From: Candidatus Omnitrophota bacterium | GTDB taxonomy: Bacteria; Omnitrophota; Gorgyraeia; Gygaellales; Profunditerraquicolaceae | Length of the DNA stretch: 64,000 bases | Reading direction: 5' to 3' | Assembly: GCA_022710715.1 (NCBI GenBank) | Contig: JAKLGJ010000002.1 | Location: 234,171 to 298,170, forward strand | The DNA's letters: not shown here | How positions within the stretch are numbered: position 1 is the stretch's first letter | Text below: more notes on this DNA, generated by a model | What the model was told of the DNA's origin: nothing | The model's input: only the letters and a program-made list of their open reading frames with translations | The model's database searches: none

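Noticed and set aside
9139-64000. Interpretation as a simple operon whose stop codons were lost.
   Set aside because: Domain junctions show no SD or start codons (e.g. LpxC-like and PGI-like blocks begin mid-sentence without Met). Junctions carry conserved DGG modules instead of intergenic spacers.

Overview
Reading the sequence directly (no tools), the window splits into two parts. (A) 1-8.4 kb: minus-strand genes for secreted/envelope proteins. These are a partial GST-repeat protein, an MgtE_N/MotE-like repeat + TPR protein, two tandem paralogous secreted proteins that each carry a duplicated ~250-nt leader and G-rich hairpin repeats in their 3' ends, a small GTG-start ORF, and a TonB_C-TolC-like outer-membrane fusion. 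(B) 8.38-9.14 kb: a divergent control region. It holds a consensus sigma70 promoter on the minus strand, two tandem 13-bp palindromes, a leaderless Zn-ribbon mini-gene, a second consensus sigma70 promoter, and a 5'UTR that strongly resembles a c-di-GMP-I (GEMM) riboswitch (GGCAAACC - 6-bp stem with GAAA tetraloop - GGGACGCAAAGCC - P2) whose 3' arm overlaps an intrinsic-terminator hairpin. Downstream, one + strand reading frame (positions = 1 mod 3) runs from ATG 9139 to the last base of the window with no stop codon. I spot-checked about 20 places along it, and the ORF track lists no frame-1 + ORF after 9139. That is >=54,862 nt (>=18,287 codons) and still open at 64000, i.e. a giant gene truncated by the window. 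The ORF track omits it because it has no in-window stop; the track also treats TTG/GTG as Met. The predicted protein has an N-terminal signal anchor, Ser/Thr-rich low-complexity tracts, a C39-like Cys/His peptidase domain, and about 11 kb of unassigned sequence. From 24.3 kb onward there is a long C-terminal region with several transmembrane clusters and a processive GT2 polysaccharide-synthase module (D..D, SEDxxxxxRL, GRW + TM bundle) inside an AT-rich island. That region also carries a serial array of enzyme-like domains I recognise by motif: three class-I methyltransferase-like domains, an IDI/Nudix domain, a CDA-type deaminase with HAD in place of HAE, two 2H phosphoesterases, LpxC, an Fmt/ArnA-like formyltransferase, a PPDK_N + swivel-His PEP-utilizing module, an adenosine-deaminase-like domain, two cupins, a GalT/HIT-like domain, a P-loop NMP-kinase-like domain, phosphoglucose isomerase and a tandem SIS domain. 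These domains are punctuated by at least 20 in-frame copies of GACGG(C/A)GG (Asp-Gly-Gly), several followed by a conserved ~35-aa helix module. Between the N- and C-terminal parts (22.92-24.35 kb) the real protein-like signal switches to frame 0. Two paralogous ~93-aa ORFs, each starting GGAGGT-N7-ATGGTCAA, flank a 7-copy array of a ~28-bp repeat (TTCCGTGGCTGGTGAGGGG core), yet frame 1 stays stop-free through the whole 1.4 kb. All domain calls are motif-level recognition from memory, not database searches. Coordinates of domains are approximate.
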